The notes below the pieces were generated by a model. It was not told the DNA's origin and did no database searches. It saw only the letters and a program-made list of their open reading frames with translations. Position numbers and translations under genes: made by a program. A stretch of DNA of 64,000 bases from contig NW_018408920.1 of NCBI RefSeq assembly GCF_002113885.1, positions 832,308-896,307 of the forward strand, in the 5' to 3' direction. Below, piece after piece: positions 1 through 13,378 of this stretch. This DNA comes from Mizuhopecten yessoensis (taxonomy: Eukaryota). Every line of letters begins with the position of its first letter. The first letter of the stretch is position 1.

Positions 1-458
1 ACATCATCAAACGAACTGGTTACTAATAGGGAAATGGAGTGTCAGGTACCAAACTATTGATTTTGACCTTTATCAAGATGAAATATTTCTGAAGCAGTTC
101 TATATCATTTCTTGCAGGATCTTTAAATCACTGCAGCCTTTAGTTCAACTTTGAGACGATACAATTTAGGGAGAAAAAAACACGTTTTCTTTGCCAAACT
201 GTTTGAGTGGGGACATTAACAAAGGAAGATTGACCTTGATAATACAAGGGCATATATTAGTTTCTAAGACCTCCAACTTCTAAAGAAAAATATCCACGAA
301 TTATTCCTTTATAACTATTTTGTTTATGTACCACATAATCAAAAGCAGATCACCGCACAATTTTTACATATTGTATTTTGGATTAAATCGAGGAAAAGCT
401 GTTTCTGGAGTAATCCTCATTTCACACTGTTACACAACTTCATTATAAAGTTAATTAA

Positions 459-572
459 TTGAAGGTTAGAGATTCAAGTATGTTAACAAGTCTGACTTGA
501 AGGTTAGAGATTCAAGTATGTTAACAAGTCTGACTTGAAGGTTAGAGATTCAAGTATGTTAACAAGTCTGAC
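459..572. repeat. 38-bp perfect tandem repeat x3
   Basis: TTGAAGGTTAGAGATTCAAGTATGTTAACAAGTCTGAC repeated three times head-to-tail. Confidence 0.95.
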
Positions 573-1112
573 TGACTCGGTTATCATACACTCCACCCTC
601 TTCTCCAATGGTGGCACACAAGTAGGGCATCACCGCTCTAGATCTGTCTTAAGTTTAACAAAACCTCTGATGTACTATAATTCACCAGGCAGTATGTTTG
701 ACATGCAATATTTTTAACACATTCCTAAATTCTCCAACAACAAAGTGATGATTTAAAAATTATAATGTATATGCGACATCTAGTCTTGGCACATTAAACT
801 TATCTCTTCAAAGTCACAGATGAGGTCAAAGGTAATTAAAATTTGAAAAATCGGTGTTGAAGCATATATAGGTATTTGCAACTTCATGTACATATGCAAC
901 TACATAATTCCATTTGACATCACATAGTGGCATTTACGACTTGGATTCTCCCCAAAGAAATCTCATAGACAAAACTGAACTTAAACATGTGTAGCTTATA
1001 ATTAGAGTATGTTGTATTTTTTGTTTGAGGACCTCGTGTTACCAACCAAATTCATGATTTGTCCACCAATAATGCTGAGCAAATTCATTATAGTTATGTG
1101 GCAGATTTTAAT

Positions 1113-1230
1113 TGTATATAGGATTACGATCGCCTTCTAGCTTCGAGCTAGAGGGAATTTCCCTTTAGCTCAGTGGTAGAGCGTCCGACTAGGAACCTGG
1201 ATATTGAGGGTTCGATCCCTGTTGGAAGCA
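1113..1230 (+). mobile_element. tRNA-like Pol III element (SINE head or truncated LTR of a tRNA-containing TRIM)
   Basis: A box TAGCTCAGTGG and B box GGTTCGATCCC, preceded by 'gctagagggaatttccctt', which resembles the LTRs at 39369-39797 ('gctagggagaatttctctt'). No clean cloverleaf. The 3' end abuts the LINE. Confidence 0.55.
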
Positions 1231-1261
1231 CACTAAATCATCACAGTTAGGGTCATACCAG

Positions 1262-1617
1262 GGCCCCTATTCACGAAACCGTCCTCATGCTCAAGCATGG
1301 ATTCTGTGCTCAAACCAACTTTCTTGTAAGTCGCTTAGATCATGTCAAACGATCAAAAAGTCAATTTTAAACATTGACAACAGTATTTGGCTTTAATTTA
1401 AGTCTCTTCAAAATGTTTTCAAATCATTGACAAAATAAGATTTATTTATTAACCTTTTCACCACTGTAGACCACAGTGGACTCATCCAGATCAATGTATG
1501 GTAGAGTCTACTAAAGTTACCTAGGGGTGAAAGGGTCAAGTTACAACCAGAACAAGAAATAGGGTTTGAGCACAAAGTCCAAACGTGAGCATGAGAAAGG
1601 TTTCATGAAAACGAGCC
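1262..1617. mobile_element. PIF/Harbinger-like MITE inserted in the LINE
   Basis: Imperfect ~55-bp TIRs (GGCCCCTATTCACGAAACC... / ...GGTTTCATGAAAACGAGCC) and a 3-bp CAG duplication at 1259-1261 and 1618-1620. Related copy at 49241-49504. Confidence 0.75.
1453..1535. mobile_element. piggyBac-like ~83-bp MITE nested in the Harbinger-like MITE
   Basis: TTAA|CCTTTTCACC...GGTGAAAGGG|TCAA. Near-identical copy at 51998-52081 with TTAA on both sides. Confidence 0.8.
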
Positions 1618-4439
1618 CAGGAATCGGTGACTATGACATTATACAGGTAAATTTGTACATCAAACCAAAGATCTACATACAACCATCACGTAAAATAACA
1701 CTCTAGAAACTTGCAGACTGGGAGGGACTAAAGGAACATTCGGAACATTCGTACAAACCTACATCAGAATGACACCACAACAATGTGGACAAACATTACT
1801 GAGGAACTAGAAAAAAGCCATCCACAAATGTATACCCCATAAAACTGCTAAATCTAAAAATAGAATTCCATAGGTGAAACTTCACATCAATCGGCTCATG
1901 AGGAAAAGAGACAAACTGTACATTAGATACAAGGAAAAGCCATCGGAGGAAATTGGACGGCGGCTAAAGTAGTCCAAACACGTCACACAATGATTGTGTA
2001 CGGAATCGTGCTGGAGCTACGTGGAGGGCCTCGCAGTGAGAACATGGAAATCACTAAGAGATTCTGGACATCATCATGCATATGACGAAAGACACATCTA
2101 AACCCCAAACATTAAAGGACCGAGGAATAGACATCAGCGATGACCTAGGTAAGGCTAACCTCCTCAATAAACAGTTTAACTCTGTCTTCTCGGCCCAGTC
2201 ACCAATGTCTTTGAAAGACATGCGTGACCAGAGGATCCTGCAAGAAAAGAAGGGTGAGGATGACATGGCAGATATTAACATTACAGTCAATGGAGTGTTT
2301 GAACTACTGAAGAGACTTAATCGTTCAAAGGCAACCGGACCAGACGATCGAGTCCTCATGGAACTTGCGTTTGAACTCGGACCTATTGTCATCACTCTCT
2401 TCAATCAGTCCTTGCAGCAGCAACACCTACCCACCATCTGGAGGAAGAAAAATGTCACTCCAATATTTAAGAAGAGGAAAAGAACAGAACCAGCTAATTA
2501 TAGACCAGTGTCGCTTAGCTGCGTTCTGTGTAAACTGATGGAGCACATCATTTGTAGCCAACTAATGAAACACCTGAAAGACAAGTTTTTCACCCACTCC
2601 AGCACGGATTCAGAGAGAAGAGGAGTTGTGACTCACAACTTTTTGAGTACACATCGGAAATTGTCAACAACAGGGAAAAAGGAATTCAGACCGATGTAAT
2701 TGTAATGGATTTCTCAAAGGCTTTTGACAAAGTGGCTCACACTAAACTCCTATTCAAACTGACGAAGTATGGTGTGAAGGGTTACACACTAGATACGATC
2801 TTTCCTCAGTGGCAGACAACAGAAAGTCGTCCTTAATGGAAAAGCCTCTGAAAAAAACCCAGTTCTATTCGGCGTGCCACAGGGCTCGGTCCTCGGACCT
2901 GCTTTGTTCCTAGTGTACATCAACGATCTACAAGAGTATGTAAGTAAAGCATAGTACCATCAGACTCTTTCCGGACGATACACTGATGTATCTTACCATA
3001 AAAACGAATGAACGACAGACTAGCAAACTGGGCAGATAGATGGCAAATGGAGTTTCTTCCGGAAAAATGCGAATTCATTAAGTCATGACAATCTCCAGAA
3101 CAACTAACACCATCCGCCATACCTATTTCTTGTACGGTCGACAGCTAAACACAGTAAACGTCTTCAAGTATCTTGGAATTACAATCACCAAAGACTTAAC
3201 ATGGAGCAGTTACATCAGTTCCATAACCAGTAAGGCTAACCAGGCGCTTGGGTTCCTGAAGAGAAACCTCAAGTTCCGATCCAAGAATTTAAAGCAAAGG
3301 GACTGGTTCGACCGAAAATGGAGTACTGTGCTACCTACCGTATGGGACCCTAAAGCAGTGAGAGACTTCCATCCAGACTCCAACAAAAAACATGCCCAAG
3401 TGGATAAGATCGAAATGGTACAGCGACGTGCAGCCCGGTGGGTCCTCAACAGACATAATTACACCTCTAGTGTCACGGACATGCTATCAGATATTGGTTG
3501 GAGGACACTGGAACGCCGACGTGCTGACGTCAGACTGATAATATTTTATAAAATCCGGAATAACCTGGTCTATAGCCATCAATCCGAATGATCAGCTCAT
3601 CTCATCTCGGAGCAGAGGCCGTGAACACCAGTACCGGCAGATCCAGACCACCAAAGATTATACCAGATTCTCTTTCTACCCTCGGACTGTAATCCAGTGG
3701 AACAGCTTGCCAAGAGATGTGTGCAATGCCCAATCCCTGAAGATCTTCAAGACAGAAGTCTCGAAGATCGACCACAGTCGCCTCATCTACACTTTCTCCC
3801 TTCTTACTTTCATCTTTTCTTCTCTCCTTCTTGTCTTCCTTCCCTATATATTCACACTTCTCTATGCTTTCGATTAATCTTTGCTTTATTTTTCCCTTTT
3901 GCCCACCTTGATAATATTCGAATGAAGGACTACCAGTCAACCGGTAAAAGCAAAGCAAAAGCACTATTCTCTTTCCTGTTACAAATATATAGATCATATA
4001 CATAAAGGCATTCTTAAGGCCTCGTAAAATTTCTTTAATAATTAAATGTCACGTGGTAGAAAATGCATGGTGTAAGCATTTATATAGAGCTTGATTAGCT
4101 CATTAGAATCAGAACCAGGCGTCCGATTTTTTTATATTTTTTTTTTTTATATTCAAACTCTGAAACCTAGAAACTAAATCAAAATCAGTGGATTTTTTGT
4201 CATATGTTTTCATTGGTCTGTTGTCACCTTGCAAATACCAAACAGTTCAAGACCATTTATTTTAACCTGATTTGGTTGGTATTACAGGTATCGAAACGAC
4301 ATGTACACGATGTCTTTGACTTGAGCAAGTCTGCAATTTATGTGACAAGTAAGACAAAATTCTTTTTAATATGATGTGTTTGTTAGTTTTGCTATGCATG
4401 CTTTCTTTATGTAAAAGGAAAAACATACGCTTAATTTAA

Positions 4440-5210
4440 ACCTTTTTTTTATCTTTTCTTTTAAATAAAACCTTTTTTTTATTCATTTTTTTTTTATATA
4501 AACTACACATTTACACACAAAGCAACAAGCATACATAACATTGAATACAATTCCCTTCACAACGGACACCTCTTTATAANGGGGTTGCAAACCATTTTTA
4601 AAAATAGTATTATGATAATTGTTCTCGTTAATTTTTAAGAGAAGACATTTTTCCACTTTATTATATTATTTTTGCAGTTTTTATGCTTATTTATCAAGAT
4701 CTTATGATCTTTAAACTCGTTATATTAAGTTCCATTTCTAGACATTTCATTTTAAAAAATGTATTGTTTAATCAATAATAGGATAAGATTATCCACTATC
4801 AAATCAGCATCCTTAGAACTGAATTGTCCAAATATAAATTCCTGTTTGTCAAAATTCAAATCAATATCACTGGTTGCAAGCAATTGTTTTAGTTGTCTCA
4901 AAATTTCACATACTTTACCACAATCCAAAAATAGATGTTCAATTGTTTCTGGATTTCTTTTACAAAAAGTACAAGTTGAATTTTGTTTTATTCCCATTTT
5001 ATGTAGGAGTGTGTTTGTAGTTAGATTTCTATGGTTAATTCAGTATTGAAACCATCTTAATTTAATACTATCAGTAGTTTTAAAAGGACATACATAAATC
5101 TTTTTCCATAATTTGTCCTGAATGTTAAAAACCGTAGACCATTTCCTTTGTGACGTGGGTTTTGTATCATTTTGGCATAAAACAGCATAAATATCCTGTG
5201 CCCCTTTAGT
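4440..5210 (-). mobile_element. 3' fragment of an L1/Tx1-like LINE (zinc-knuckle end of ORF2 + poly(A) tail)
   Basis: Minus-strand ORF 4752-4997 has CTFCKRNPETIEHLFLDC, preceded by KLRWFQY-like sequence. T-runs at 4440-4495 correspond to a minus-strand poly(A) tail. Confidence 0.8.
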
Positions 5211-5457
5211 CTACCCACGGAATTAGATTCTAAGTCCGTGGTCTACCTTAATATAATATTAAGATTTAAAGGTATATTAGTTAAACAAATACTCTTTTCT
5301 AAAGCAAAGATTTCTTGTTTACTATTTATAAAACAAATAATAGACGGGTTTAAATTACCCCCTAACGTGCCCCGCTACCGTAGGTCAGAGTTGTCGTTCT
5401 TCAGTCATCACTCCACGAGATTTCAACGTGATTTCCTGGTAAATCATATGAGCAAAG

Positions 5458-8400
5458 ATGGCAGACATAGACTATCAGCCTTCGAGGCCTTCCTCCAAGC
5501 TCTCGGGTGTTTCACTGTACCCCGTGTATGCGGTTATTTATGTTTTAGCATTTTCGGCAATCCTTGTAATAGGTGAGTTTCTTATCCATGGGAGTACATT
5601 TGCCGGAGACTGTAAATGACTGGATGACATGGCAGTGCCCTTGGGGGTCTCGAGTTGTTGACAAATCCTCGGAGCCGGGTGACGAAGGAATTCATACGAT
5701 CTGACGGGAACATCACTTCTATTTATCAATCTATGTCTTTCCTCAACATTGATATTATTGAATAGCGTGTTATATTGAAAACTTATCGATAAATATTACT
5801 GTTAACTTATTCACATATGCTTGTAACTTGGCTGCGAATCTAATCGACGGATCAATCAAAATCTTGTTTTTTTTTGTTCACTTCGAATTCATGATGATGC
5901 TGTTACAGTAGCAAACCTATCATTACGTACACTATGGCTCGCCGATACCAGGTGTCGTCCTGTGTAATCAATTTGAAGTGAAGGGCCTGACAGTTTAAAA
6001 TGTTCTAACCATGAAAAATGTATTATTGAATTTACTAGTCCTTATTGTATGTATAGTAAGCTGAGTAGGCTATTATGAAAACCTCTTTTGAGATGTCCAC
6101 GTAGCGGTATCATGTTTTTTTTGATTTGGCAGGCCAATGGATCACTTTATGATTACAGGAATATAACCTTTGTGTTAAGGAGAAAATAGAGTTTCATAAG
6201 ACAGAATTCGTAGGACTTTTCGTGATGGGTCTAAACTTTGGCTCACAGGCCTAGGTACAAGCCTCGTCTGTCAATACACCTACAATATATTATAGTTGTA
6301 TTGACAGAAGAGGCTAGTACCTGTGCTTTGGATCTATAGCTCGGCTTACAGGGCCTATATTAAAAGAGAAAAATATACCATTGAGCAAGGGACCTGATTA
6401 GGGACGGCCGACAGTGTTTCCAAGGAAGCAAAGTCATTCATATTACATAAATGTGCAAAGCATATATAATTTCAGTTTTTGAGGGGGCATTAATTTTTGT
6501 TGATGATCACATTGATGCATAATAATCCGAGTTTGCACAAAATAATGAATAGAGGATGATAAATAAAGTCAACTTGAAAGTTTTACCATGATAATTCATT
6601 ATATTTATTCAAGATACTATAATGATTATATACAATTTTCGTAGATTTTCTTGTACATTCATAGGATATTGGATGTCAGTACTGAAATAGGCTGCACTGT
6701 AGCTTTAGTTCATGTTAACTTTGTTTACTTTTTCAGCTTTCTATTATATACTGACAGGGAAGGGCTCAAGATTTGATTTTGGATGGTAAGACTGCAAGCC
6801 ATGCATATAGGCATATAAATACCATTAACAGAAATAAAATGTTTCTGATTTAACTAGTAATTTATTTATTATTTTGCAGTCTGACATGACATTTTCATTG
6901 CAAATAACAGTTTGCTTGGTGAAATTCTTAATGACATTGACTCAGTTACATCACAGAATTAGATTTGTAAGTCCGTGGTTACATGTTGGTTTCTTGCATA
7001 AAAACTGTCACTAGTGTAAAACAAATTATAATACTGATTTGCAATATATATGTACCATTTCTTGATCATGCTAAATTGCTTATGTCATAATTGGTTCCTC
7101 TAGGTTCCTGGAAAGCACCTCTCCATTTATGTGGGCAAGTATAGGAGTTGGCCTGTCTATCTCCTTGTCGGTGGTCGGAGCTGCCTGGTAAGTGATTAAC
7201 AAAACCATCTGCCACACCTCATGATAAACAATTAATGGGTATATATAATTAATGGTCAGCTAGGCACCAGTGTTATATGTTAAGACTTCCCACAGATATT
7301 TGTTTTGTCACTTAAACATTTATCCTAACCTTACCTTCTATCTGTTATCAATGGTTCATTTAAGAGGACAGTTGTCAAGAATTGCTGAATTGATTTTGAC
7401 AAAATTTGGTGAAGAGCATTCAGATAAATATCTAAGACTACTCATTTAGAGCACGATCTATAAGGGTTTTTAACCAAATTTTGTATTATAATTCCTAAGC
7501 CAAGAAAATGGATTAAATACTGTCTATTGTGTGTTTGTAAGCCTTAAATTTGATTTACATTATATTAACTGCTTCACAATTAGGGGGAAAATAAAATGAG
7601 AATACTGAGCTAAATATGTACATAGTGCTTTTATGATTTATGTAAAATGCAAAATGAAAAGTTGAGTATTCAACATTTTACAGGGGAATTTTCACCACTG
7701 GAGTCAGCATTCTTGGAGGTGGAGTGAAGGCCCCTCGTATCAAAACAAAGAACCTGATCAGTATCATCTTCTGTGAGGCTGTAGCCATCTATGGTATCAT
7801 CATGGCCATTGTTATCGGGGGCCAACTCGGTGTAAGTATACACTTACAAGTCTGTTTGTCTTTCCTCTAGGTATTTTATAGCTTTTTAGCCAAATGGTTC
7901 TCTCACTGGAGTCTACATGTAGCAGCTCTTTAGCATGAAAAACAACAAGTGACAATAGTATCGTATGTATATTATTTATTTATTTATTTCATTATCCATC
8001 GGACTTCAGGATCCCGGAGCTACGCTGGTGAAAGCTCACCGATACCTGACTTTATAATAATGAATGAAACATATCTTTGTCTACAACTCTTACCAGCTTA
8101 CACACTGTCTAAACTGACCAAATGATTTATAATGATGTCAGTATAGACAGGAATCACTGTAAAAAACATAGTTAAAGTTAGATCAGTGTCAATTGATGAA
8201 ACCATTTCAGTTTTTTAGACAGCATTGTCTTACTGATGTGCTTAACTCTTTAAGGTTAAATGTTTCTAACTTCTGTTTTTTTTACATTTCAGTCCTATGA
8301 CCCTCTCACTGCATCTGAAACTGTAATCAGGGATTCCCATTATGCAGGTAATAGGATGGAGTATCTACACGTTAAACCCTACAATCTGTTACATAATTAA

Positions 8401-10092
8401 TCACTACTTATTACAATTTTAAAAATGAAAAAACAACATAATTTCTTGTTTGAAGCTGATAGCGACCATTTTTAGCTTTGGTATGGTCAATAACAAATTC
8501 AACGTTTTAAACAAGAACCCTTTGTCTGCAATTATGTAGTCTCAGGGTACTGAGTTTAGCTGGACAAACCGTTCTGTTGTTGTTAACAGTTGTTGATAGT
8601 CCATGTGTAAATTCGACTCATTTAGTCATTTCAGTGGAACCCCTATCTCTTCTGTAACCCTGAACACCATATTGGATGCTTTAATATTAAAAAAAAAATA
8701 CCATCATGTATTATATGATGTTGAAATTGCTGCTATTTTTGACACGAAACATTTAAGCCATTTCCTGTAGATTTATTCTTCATATATACAATACATATAT
8801 GATGCATCTTACATACTTACATATGACAATTTGAAATTTGAGTTTTTGGAAACAAAATATAAACACAAAAGACTGAAACCATGCCAAGGGAAGTAACTCA
8901 AAGCCAGGAAAAGACTTTACTATGGTAGATTGCTTTGTCTTCGATAGGGAAAATGATCCTAACTGCAAATAGGCTCCGAGGTAGAACTCTTCTTTGCAAA
9001 TATAAATTGTGCAGTGGTACCAATTTACCTAATACATTTAAAGTTCCGTGTTATAGCACCTGAGCAGTGCTAGACAATAAGGGTAACCATCTAGTCTCAC
9101 TCAGACTAGTGAAATATCCTGCTGGACTAGTGTTTCTAAAAACGGTTAGCCTGATTGACTAGTCAAAATTTGATATTGCTTATCTTGTTGAATAATGTTG
9201 GGTTAGTGAAATTTGCACATGGACTATTAAAAGTTGGAAACTACTTCTACTCCATCCAATTGACTGGTGATATTGAAAATTAATTACTAGCCCTGCCAGA
9301 GTCTGTCCTTCCCTTTACATATGTATTGTGTATAACTACCTCCTTATATGTTGATGTAGGCTTCCAGATGTTTGCTGCTGGCCTCACCGTCGGGTTATCT
9401 AACATTGCCTGTGGAATCAGTGTTGGAATTGTTGGATCTGGTGCTGCTTTAGCCGACGCCCAAAATGCCTCTCTTTTTGTAAAACTCCTCATCATAGAAA
9501 TCTTCGCCACAGCTATTGGTCTCTTTGGAATCATTGTTGCTATCCTGCAGGTAAATAAACAATGTGATTTGTCTGTTTCCTTACCAATGTCATCTTCATT
9601 GTATTCATTTGAAAAGAAAATGTTTACTTTTAATTAAATTTGTAACTATGCAAATATCTGCATCTTAATTAAGTAATATATTACTCATTAGTTTTGAATT
9701 CAGAGAAAAAACTTTGGTCAAACCTGGTCAAAGGAATCATTTGTAATAAAAAAATAAAAAAATAAAAATGCCCGATTCATTTTATTTTTTTATCCATTAC
9801 AAACTTCCAAATTGACTAATCATTTTAAAATTGTTTGAACCTATGCATATTCTGGTGTGTGCATTTATATTTCATTTCAGAATGTATTGAATTATGCAAT
9901 GGTTTTTGAATTTAAAAAATACATTGTTTTGAGTCATTGTAGATATTTTTATTTCTGAAATATATAAAAGTATCAATCATATGCTTGTCACCACAAGCAA
10001 TATATTGAATTAATAAATGTTTTCAAGCCAAATAATATGCATTCTTCTAACCCCCACCACAGATCACTGGAGTGAAGATGGGATCAGATTAG
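5458..10092 (+). CDS. ATP6V0B: V-type proton ATPase 21 kDa proteolipid subunit c'' (223 aa)
   Basis: Exons 5458-5572, 6737-6785, 7104-7187, 7684-7831, 8293-8347, 9360-9550, 10063-10092; all GT-AG and in phase (672 nt). Signature peptides [75 protein letters not shown]. Confidence 0.96.
6253..6322. repeat. Palindromic hairpin element in ATP6V0B intron 1
   Basis: AGGTACAAGCCTCGTCTGTCAATACA...TGTATTGACAGAAGAGGCTAGTACCT. Same termini as 53975-54015. Confidence 0.75.
9065..9295. mobile_element. hAT-like MITE in ATP6V0B intron 5
   Basis: Termini CAGTGCTAGACAATAA / TTAATTACTAGCCCTG are imperfect inverted repeats. Internal ACTAGT sub-repeats. Flanks CCTGAG/CCAGAG could be a degenerate TSD. Confidence 0.55.
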
Positions 10093-10464
10093 CTGCTGTC
10101 TCCGACCATTGTTACTGTTGTGAATGTGAATAGCTGAGAACACTGTCACCTCTAGGGCTAACAGAGAACCATTTATTGCTGCTTGGCTCAATCTGAAGTT
10201 TTGTCTAGAGATGAAAGAGTGATATGTTTTTTCCATTTACTGTATAAATGACACTACCAGTACTCCCTGTACAAGAAGAGTTGCTATTCAGTCTATATCA
10301 GAAATCAGTAGAATCTAAAGACAAAGACCAGTAGGGACCAAATTGTTCAGATTTTCAGCCATTTTTCTTCTTTTGTTTCTCCCAAAAAAAAATCGTCAAA
10401 AGATTAGTTTGAAATTCTGTATCCAACACTAGCTTCCTTTATTACAAGACACGTAAGTTTCTGC

Positions 10465-10476
10465 AATAAAAATAAA
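10465..10476 (+). promoter_or_regulatory. Candidate polyadenylation signals of ATP6V0B
   Basis: Tandem AATAAA AATAAA ~370 bp after the stop codon. Confidence 0.5.
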
Positions 10477-13093
10477 TCAATCATTAACAAAGATCAATTT
10501 GTTTTTATAAAGTGAAAATGTAAAATTTGACCTATCAACATTTATTTGGCATAACATGAAATAAACATATTGTTTTGTTTGGCCTAAATATTGTACTTGT
10601 AAGCTGAACAGGCTACAATTGTGAAGTCTCGTTGACTGAATATAATGTCTTGTAAGGGCAGTATTAACAGGGGATGAAGGCACCAACATTTCAAATGAGG
10701 GTCTCTGAAAAGTAGCTTTCCTATGGGTTATTTAGGACTCATCTTAAAAGAAGCATAGTTGATGTTTGTTATGGTAAATATCAACACTAACTGTATTTTG
10801 ATCCATGTCAAAACTAAGAAATCCTGGAGGACATTTTTGTTTTTGTTGTAGATTCGTATTCAGAATAATATTTATACATATAATACTATTAATATATTGT
10901 ATATATTTGACATATGTTATGCTTCAATTCGGATGTCTCTAAATGAAAAAAATATTTATCAATATTACAGGCAGACCAGTTCATGCTTTTTGTTCTTTTG
11001 TTAATGTGGTATTTGTTTAAGGGTGAAAGAATTCTTGTTCATACAAAGCTTTTCTTTCATAGTCACTTAAACAGTAACTGAATAGATTTACACCCTAGTC
11101 AAGACAAAAATGTATTTACTTTAGCTGTTAATAGAGAAAAGACAATGTTACATTGTGTCAAGTGTTTCAGGTAACACTAGATACACTTACCATTGACTTC
11201 TGGCTGAGAAAGCTGTTGTTATATGAACTAGAATTTTGTTCATGTTTTAAAATGGTCATAGCTTCATCAGTAACCAAGAGCTGTAAATGTTGAGCACTGT
11301 ACTAATTTTGTTGTTTACATATTAGTGATTAATGTGGTGTCAAATATATTGTTAATTACATTGGAAGTATGGATTTGGAACATTCATAGGTTGTTTTTCT
11401 GACATTCCATTAGAGCTCCACATTTCTTCCAGCCTTTAAAAAAAAATTAAAAAAAATGGGATCAATTTGAATGTTAAGTGGTATTTTTGTTCGATAAAAT
11501 ATCATGCATGTAAATCTAGGATATTAAAAATAGAAAAATTGGATAGTTCTGTGTTTACCACCGAATAGTGCAGTAAATTCAAACATCAATTATTTTCCTT
11601 TCCAAAGTTGGTTGAAATATTTTATCTGATATTGTATTCATTGTGTTCCATTCCAACTGTATTAGTTAACAAGTATGTTAGTTGAGTTGGGTTGTGTGAA
11701 AGAGGAGTAATGTAAATATGAAAGAAGAATAAAAGAAAATTGTGAAGTGTTTATTATATAAAATGTGATTATATTTGTTTTATATTATGATTATGGTGCA
11801 TGGTAAGAAAACAAGCCTCTTGTCCATATCATTGGGAGACAGTTTTTGGCACAATTAAAAGCAAACCAATATTCTCAACATTGTCTTTATTGTGTTCAGG
11901 TTTTCTAATCTGTTGTCAACCATACGTCTTTAGAGTTACTTCCCTTCTTATCTTCAGAAGTGGACATACTTTTAAAATATCAACAAAAAGTACCTACATT
12001 TTGTTGTTACTACAATATCGTATTGTATGACGGGGAAAGGAGAACAATCAACAAACCAGCAGGTTGTAAAAGACATTATATTTCATTGTCAAAATACTGA
12101 TTTGCCAAATGTAATGGACATGAGCTGATATTAAAAAGTGGCTAAAGGTGGGTTTAATTCATGATTATGTTTTATGAAATGTGATATTGAGTTTCATCTG
12201 ACACAAGATGGCGGTTTTATAAATGTAACCAAGAACAAAGTGATATTCATCTGATATATATAACAATAAAGAAAAGTTAACTGAATATTCGTTGAGATTG
12301 AGAAATTGTTTTGTGGATTCTAAATGAACAAGGTTTAACTGCTAATATTATTGCTTATTACAGTTTCAAAATGATTTTCTGTTTGAACATATTCAATTGC
12401 AAAGAACAAATTTGTTATGTAGAATTGATGTTGCTAATTTTGGTTCTTGAATTCATTTTAATAAAGATATGATTGCATAAGGTATAGATATGTGTGACAT
12501 GAAACAAATGTTGATTTCAAATTTTCTAGTCAAATCAGTAGTTATTAAATATGGATCGTGATAAAATTAGAGGATGTAACGTTTTGTCTTATTACCTATC
12601 TACTATGGCCACAATGACTGAATGAAAAGTGGGAAGAGAAATGTAATTGTAGATATGTAGTTGTTAGTATTTAGTGCATATGATCAGTGTCGATCAATAA
12701 ACATGGTATGAATATAAGGTTTTTGTTTTATTTTGTTTCCCAATATTTGTATAAGCCTGTCGAAGACGGGTTGTATTATGTTATTATGGGAGCAGGCGGG
12801 CGTGTGCGCACAATGTCCACTCTATATCAAAGAAATTTCAACAGATTAGCTTCAAACTTCATAGGAAGATTAACTTCCATGAGAGCTAAGACAAGTTCGA
12901 TAACCTCCATTGTCCAACTGTAATTGAATGAATTATGTCCCTTTAATCAATTGCTTCATCAAGTAATTTCCAATGGCTGAACACCAAGCTTCATTGGAAG
13001 GTTAATTACCATGAAAGGTTGGATGAGTTTGATGACCACCAGGGTCTGACCGTAATTTACGGAGTTACGCCCCTTTATTCAGTTGATGAATGG

Positions 13094-13325
13094 GTGCCTC
13101 GGTAGCCGTGATCGCTGACGCGCGCAGTCATTGTACTACTGTGTACAATCAAGCGTGAGCTTCAGACCACTCGCTCTCCAAGAATTTCGGTTCGATCCCC
13201 AGCGGTGGTGGAAAAAATGAGAGTGATGTCTGATAGGGTTAGTTGTTATCCCTCCGATGGCACGGTGGGTTTTCCTCCACCACGAAAACACAATTTGTTC
13301 CCTTAGCAGCGTCGTAATAAAAGCT
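13094..13325 (+). mobile_element. tRNA-derived SINE
   Basis: 5' GCCTCGGTAGCCG, B box GGTTCGATCCCC, and 'GGTGGGTTTTCCTCC' core-like motif. Lies inside an older repeat starting ~12745. Confidence 0.55.
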
Positions 13326-13378
13326 CAAAGGAAGAGTAATGGAACGGATGTTTTTGATAACTACCATTATCTAACTAA

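Larger units (their letters stand above)
1235..3963 (+). mobile_element. Degenerate 5'-truncated CR1-like LINE (end of APE endonuclease + RT + 3' UTR)
   Basis: Motifs VIPG|IGDYD (split by a MITE), [46 protein letters not shown] (YADD-equivalent), KYLGITI, QRRAARWV. Many stops and frameshifts. Ends in a short (AAAGC)n-like tail at ~3946-3963. Confidence 0.9.

Noticed and set aside
2076-3591. Active reverse transcriptase or novel RT system
   Set aside because: Multiple stops and frameshifts, 5' truncation and an altered catalytic motif (FPDD) mark it as an ordinary dead LINE.
5891-5952. Alternative ATP6V0B first exon (ATGATGATG...)
   Set aside because: In-frame stop after six codons. The exon at 5458-5572 supplies the hydrophobic segment, a consensus donor and the correct phase.
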